A stretch of DNA of 64,000 nucleotides from an uncultured candidate division Zixibacteria bacterium. Lineage in GTDB: Bacteria > Zixibacteria > MSB-5A5 > UBA10806 > 4484-95. Location: assembly GCA_963668625.2 (NCBI GenBank), contig CAXXKA010000006.1:672001-736000 (forward strand), given 5' to 3'. The notes under the pieces were generated by a model that saw only the letters and a program-made list of their open reading frames with translations, was not told the DNA's origin and made no database searches. The position numbers and the translations under genes were made by a program. This document shows positions 60,423-64,000 of this stretch, one piece after another. Each line of letters begins with the position of its first letter. Position 1 is the first letter of the stretch.

Positions 60423-60571
60423 GAATTCATTTCAATTACATTGTAAAGTTTCAAAAACTCCCATTTGTTTTCACTTCGTATTATTACGATAAAGTAATCC
60501 AACGGTTATAAAAGTTTCGGATTTATGATTCGCTCTACCGGTTCATGTAATCGTGACTAGTTCAGGTATTC

Positions 60572-61102
60572 TTAACCCTCTACGTGCCATTTCTCCTGGC
60601 GATGGAACCACTCATCGGGATTTTCCAGAAATGCCATCGAATCGTCAATCATCTCGAAATGACGAACTTCCTCATCGACCAAAAATTCGAACAGCAATTT
60701 CACGTTTTCGTCCTCGGCTTTTTGAGCGGCCTCGCGGTAGAATTTTTCGCCATTTTTCTCGAAATCACGGGCGAAACCGTATGCCTCGATATCGGGTTTA
60801 TCGGTGGGGACTTTTTCGCTTAAACCTTTAAACAGGTTATATATGGCTTTTTTCGCGATTTCCGGTGTGTTGCCTCCGATTATCTCGTGATAATTCGATT
60901 TGGTTCCGGCAATTACGTTATCGTAGAAAGTCTTTATAGCATCGATATGCTTGGATTCCTCGTTGGCTAAAAATTCGAATACCTCTTTGGTCATTTTATC
61001 GGTGGTTTTCTCGGCTGTTTTCAAGTAGAACGTGCGTCCTTCCTGTTCCATCTCAATAGCCATGGAAAGGGCTTCTTTTTCGTTTTTAAAATTAGCTTTC
61101 AT
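60572..61102 (-). CDS. Ferritin-like (rubrerythrin-family, no rubredoxin domain) protein
   Basis: AIEME..G..FY, EESKH, FEKNGEKFY, EEVRH; diiron motifs intact. Confidence 0.88.
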   Translation of the reverse strand: MKANFKNEKEALSMAIEMEQEGRTFYLKTAEKTTDKMTKEVFEFLANEESKHIDAIKTFYDNVIAGTKSNYHEIIGGNTPEIAKKAIYNLFKGLSEKVPTDKPDIEAYGFARDFEKNGEKFYREAAQKAEDENVKLLFEFLVDEEVRHFEMIDDSMAFLENPDEWFHRQEKWHVEG

Positions 61103-61189
61103 TTATCCTCCGGAAATTGATGGTGTTATATTTGTATTTTAAAACGGCTAAGCTCATATTCGAGTTCCTGAGTTGTATATCATTCGATT

Positions 61190-61214
61190 AAAAAAGCCCG
61201 ACAAGCGCCGGGCT
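61190..61214 (-). terminator. Intrinsic terminator of the orphan flagellin
   Basis: Minus strand agcccg-gcgcttgt-cgggct followed by a T tract. Confidence 0.75.
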
Positions 61215-61293
61215 AGAGGTAAAATGTTAATTTAGATAAAACTCGATTCTACTGCAGCGTCACGATCTTGCGATTTCACTTCATTAAAACTGG

Positions 61294-62055
61294 CTATTCC
61301 TGAAGGAAACTCATCACCAGGTTCGGCGCCTGGTTTTGATGTGCCAGCATAGCCATACCGGCTTTAAGTTGTATCTCGTTCTTTACGAATTCGACATACT
61401 CTTTAGCCATGTCAGTATCACGTACCGAGGATTCCGAGGCTGTGAGGTTCACCAGTTCGGTTTGAAGGTTACTTCGTTGCGAGGATATCTCGTTTTTTTG
61501 AGCCGCACCGATTTCGCCTCTTTCCTCGCTCAAATCAGCGATTTTCTGATCGATAACCTCCACCGCCTGTTTAGCGCTTTCAGCCGTGGAAACATCGATA
61601 TTTTCCATGTTCTGCAAATCCGCCACTGCACCGGATGACCCGTCAAACAAGTTCTGAGAGCCGTAGGACGCGTTCTGAACGGTTTGATTGTACGAACGCA
61701 CCGAATTGTCCATACTGGCTTGATAGGCCTTCTGTGCCTCCTCGGAATTGCCACCCTCATTAGCCGCCGATAGAGCGACATCACGCATAGCCAGCAGGTC
61801 TTCCTGCATGGTTGACATATTGCCCTCGGCAGTATTGAGTTTAGCGTCACGGGCATCCAAATTTTTAATCTCCTGCTCGATTGCCCCGATCTGGGCGCGC
61901 ATCTGCTCGGAAATTATCAATCCAGCCGGATTATCGGATGCCTTGTTGATCTTTTGACCGGATGAAAGTTTCTCCATTGACTTCTTCATCTGGTCCTGGT
62001 TGTTTTGCAGGGCACGAAGGGTATTTAGTGCCCCTGCATTGGAGTTAATACGCAT
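61294..62055 (-). CDS. Minimal (253 aa) flagellin
   Basis: MRINSN, EKLSSGQKINKASDNPAGL, NLTASESSVRDTDMA; AAGGAGGT SD; almost no variable domain. Confidence 0.92.
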   Translation of the reverse strand: MRINSNAGALNTLRALQNNQDQMKKSMEKLSSGQKINKASDNPAGLIISEQMRAQIGAIEQEIKNLDARDAKLNTAEGNMSTMQEDLLAMRDVALSAANEGGNSEEAQKAYQASMDNSVRSYNQTVQNASYGSQNLFDGSSGAVADLQNMENIDVSTAESAKQAVEVIDQKIADLSEERGEIGAAQKNEISSQRSNLQTELVNLTASESSVRDTDMAKEYVEFVKNEIQLKAGMAMLAHQNQAPNLVMSFLQE

Positions 62056-62102
62056 GTGCCCACCTCCTTGTGAAAGTTAATATTTATGTTTAACTATATT
62101 AT

Positions 62103-62118
62103 TGCAAAATTAATGCCT
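62103..62118 (-). promoter_or_regulatory. sigma54 -24/-12 promoter of the orphan flagellin
   Basis: Minus strand AGGCATTAATTTTGCA (GG-N10-GC; consensus TGGCAC-N5-TTGC). Confidence 0.7.
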
Positions 62119-62378
62119 GTATTATCATCTTTACATATTTTTGCAACCTATTAATATACAATAGATTATATTTTTAGCCTCCCTCAATTTTGTTAATGCA
62201 TGGGGTAAATAATAGGATCTACCCCATACATTATACTTATACCGCAATAATTCCGATTACTACTTGGTCACACAAATATCGATAGGCAGCCTAGCAGATG
62301 CAAGTTAATTATTCATGCAGGCGAATAAATATAGTTTCAATACATTGACAATAGTGTCAATAGAGATGGCTGGTAATA

Positions 62379-62822
62379 TTAGAACAATTCCTCGTACTTG
62401 TTTAACATAGTCATGATATCGTTGGAACAGGAGAATGTCGTTAGTATATCCTTTTGCGTGAAGTGGGCTATTTGATTCAGTGAGTCAAAATCGAGTGGAT
62501 CATCGGTGGCTACAGCCAGGACGTTGCCATTGACGAACACCGGTATAGTAAGATGCTTCCTGGCAATTTCCCGTGGAATAAGCGCTTTGACCTTTGGGTT
62601 AATGCCTATACCATGAAGGGAGATAGCCGGTAAGTTAAGCGTGCGAGAAAATAGTCTTTCGAGTTGTTTTTCGTTGATATATCCACGGGTTACTAATATG
62701 TCTTTAATACGTTTGCCGGTTTCCTTACATTCATTAATTGCATGTTCACATTGGTCTGCCGTAATTTTGCCGGTTTTTACCAGCGCATGACCAAGATTGA
62801 TTTTAATTTTACCAGTTACCAT
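62379..62822 (-). CDS. Stand-alone MshEN/T2SSE-N (GSPII_N) domain protein
   Basis: NLGHALVKTGKITADQ, RIKDILVTRGYINEKQL, IPREIARKHLTIP, VATDDPLD; no ATPase domain. Confidence 0.82.
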   Translation of the reverse strand: MVTGKIKINLGHALVKTGKITADQCEHAINECKETGKRIKDILVTRGYINEKQLERLFSRTLNLPAISLHGIGINPKVKALIPREIARKHLTIPVFVNGNVLAVATDDPLDFDSLNQIAHFTQKDILTTFSCSNDIMTMLNKYEELF

Positions 62823-63094
62823 ATTATATTCCTCACTTATAGCGGTTGTGTATTCTATATTTCGGAAAAATACGGAAGGCGATTAGTTATAAAGATAAGT
62901 TAGGCAAATGATTATATTTCATCTTCCAGATTGAAACGTAGGCTGTGTCAGAAATGTGTTAAGTTATTTCAATATATATTGTTGACATGAGATAGTTTTC
63001 ATAATATTTTATTCCTGTTGACTGCAATCGTGTTGATCCGATAAAAAATTTTATTCGAAGATTAATCCGTAATCGAAACAAACAAGGAGTGACA

Positions 63095-64000
63095 ATGAAA
63101 AAACTTTCTACAGTAACCATGCTGTTATTCGCGGCGATTCTTTTCTCCGCGACCGGGGTATTCGCTCAGATGCCCGATTTAGGAACTGTCTCCGGTTCGG
63201 TGGTCGATCAGAACACCAACGATCCGATACAGTACTCAATGGTTGCGGTGATAAACCCGGACGGACATCACCGACCGGTAGCACAAGGCGCTACAGATGA
63301 AGCGGGTAATTATACTCTCGACGTACCGTACGGTGAATATATAGTAGTCGCTCATGCGTTCGAGTATGTACCTGAATACTGGGAAGAGGTTTCTGATCCA
63401 GATGAAGCTACGGCGGTAACGGTCGATGAGGATAGCAATCCCGAGGGGATTAATTTCACATTAGCTGTTTATGAAGGGCCGACATTCGGTACACTCGCCG
63501 GCGCTGTTTACGATGCCGAAACCGAGGAGCCGTTGGCGGACGCCGTTGTTAGTATTCACCATGTGGATAACTATCACGTACACCAGACAACGCGCACTGA
63601 TGAGAGCGGAAATTACTATTTCGAGCAGGTTCTCTCCGGCGAATATATAGTCTCTGCCGCAGCAATAGACTATATTGCCGCTGACTATGAAGAACCTGTC
63701 GAAGTGATCGAGGATGATGTCACCGGTATCGATTTTTATCTTGCGCCGATTTTATACGGTAGTATCTCCGGTATGGTATACGATGCCGCCACCGAAGAAC
63801 CTCTGGCCGATGCTCGTGTTATTGCCCGCATGCCCGGTTACGGAATCAGGGTTGAGGCGTTAACGGCCGAGGACGGCAGCTACACGTTGGCCGATCTGCC
63901 GACCGGTGAGTATGAGCTTCATGCCGCTAAGCAGGGTTATGAGCGGCTCGAATACGCCGAGCCGGTCGCGGTTAACGGCGATGATATAATGGATATCGAT
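63095..64000 (+). CDS. Secreted protein with tandem carboxypeptidase-regulatory-like (CarboxypepD_reg) repeats; runs off the window end (not in ORF track)
   Basis: AAGGAG SD; MKKLSTVTMLLFAAILFSATGVFA signal; three repeats G(T/S)..G.V.D..T..P...TDE.G.Y...GEY. Confidence 0.88.
   Translation, partial: MKKLSTVTMLLFAAILFSATGVFAQMPDLGTVSGSVVDQNTNDPIQYSMVAVINPDGHHRPVAQGATDEAGNYTLDVPYGEYIVVAHAFEYVPEYWEEVSDPDEATAVTVDEDSNPEGINFTLAVYEGPTFGTLAGAVYDAETEEPLADAVVSIHHVDNYHVHQTTRTDESGNYYFEQVLSGEYIVSAAAIDYIAADYEEPVEVIEDDVTGIDFYLAPILYGSISGMVYDAATEEPLADARVIARMPGYGIRVEALTAEDGSYTLADLPTGEYELHAAKQGYERLEYAEPVAVNGDDIMDID

Noticed and set aside
63018-63044. sigma28 promoter before the last gene
   Set aside because: The -10 TCCGATAA fits but the -35 (TTGA) is poor, and a sigma70-like TTGACA lies just upstream

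Overview
A 64-kb bacterial chromosomal segment. It most likely comes from candidate division Zixibacteria (FCB-related); this is inferred from the characteristic 'YLPGDANM..G.WPP.VIGADVT.LV.YFRG' dockerin, a T9SS-type C-terminal sorting domain and carboxypeptidase-regulatory repeat proteins. In order, it contains: the end of a late flagellar operon (fliC 3' end, flaG, fliD, fliS, a double-module FlgM, HDOD); tRNA-Val and a housekeeping block (thrS-infC-rpmI-rplT-pheST-zapB/zapA-rny-ymdB-folD-xseA-merR-tRNA-Pro); a lipoprotein serpin, GT2, surE, a TPR protein and tRNA-Glu; a 12-kb anion-transport/phosphorelay module (SLC13, SulP, ClC, Cache kinase, pseudokinase, two single-domain receivers, cytidylate-kinase-like-REC); a FIST/NosP protein with a hybrid kinase; mlaEFD flanked by direct repeats; a rubrerythrin lacking most diiron ligands; pepA; GT2 plus a deacetylase; a small AT-rich accessory patch with REP-like repeats and a HEPN-like/YebY-like fusion; dcd-porCDAB; several secreted proteins and a DUF4126 membrane protein (two genes here are frameshifted); and an orphan minimal flagellin with a sigma54 promoter beside a stand-alone MshEN-like protein. 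No CRISPR array, rRNA, integrase or transposase is visible. All family calls come from motif recognition by eye, not from database searches.
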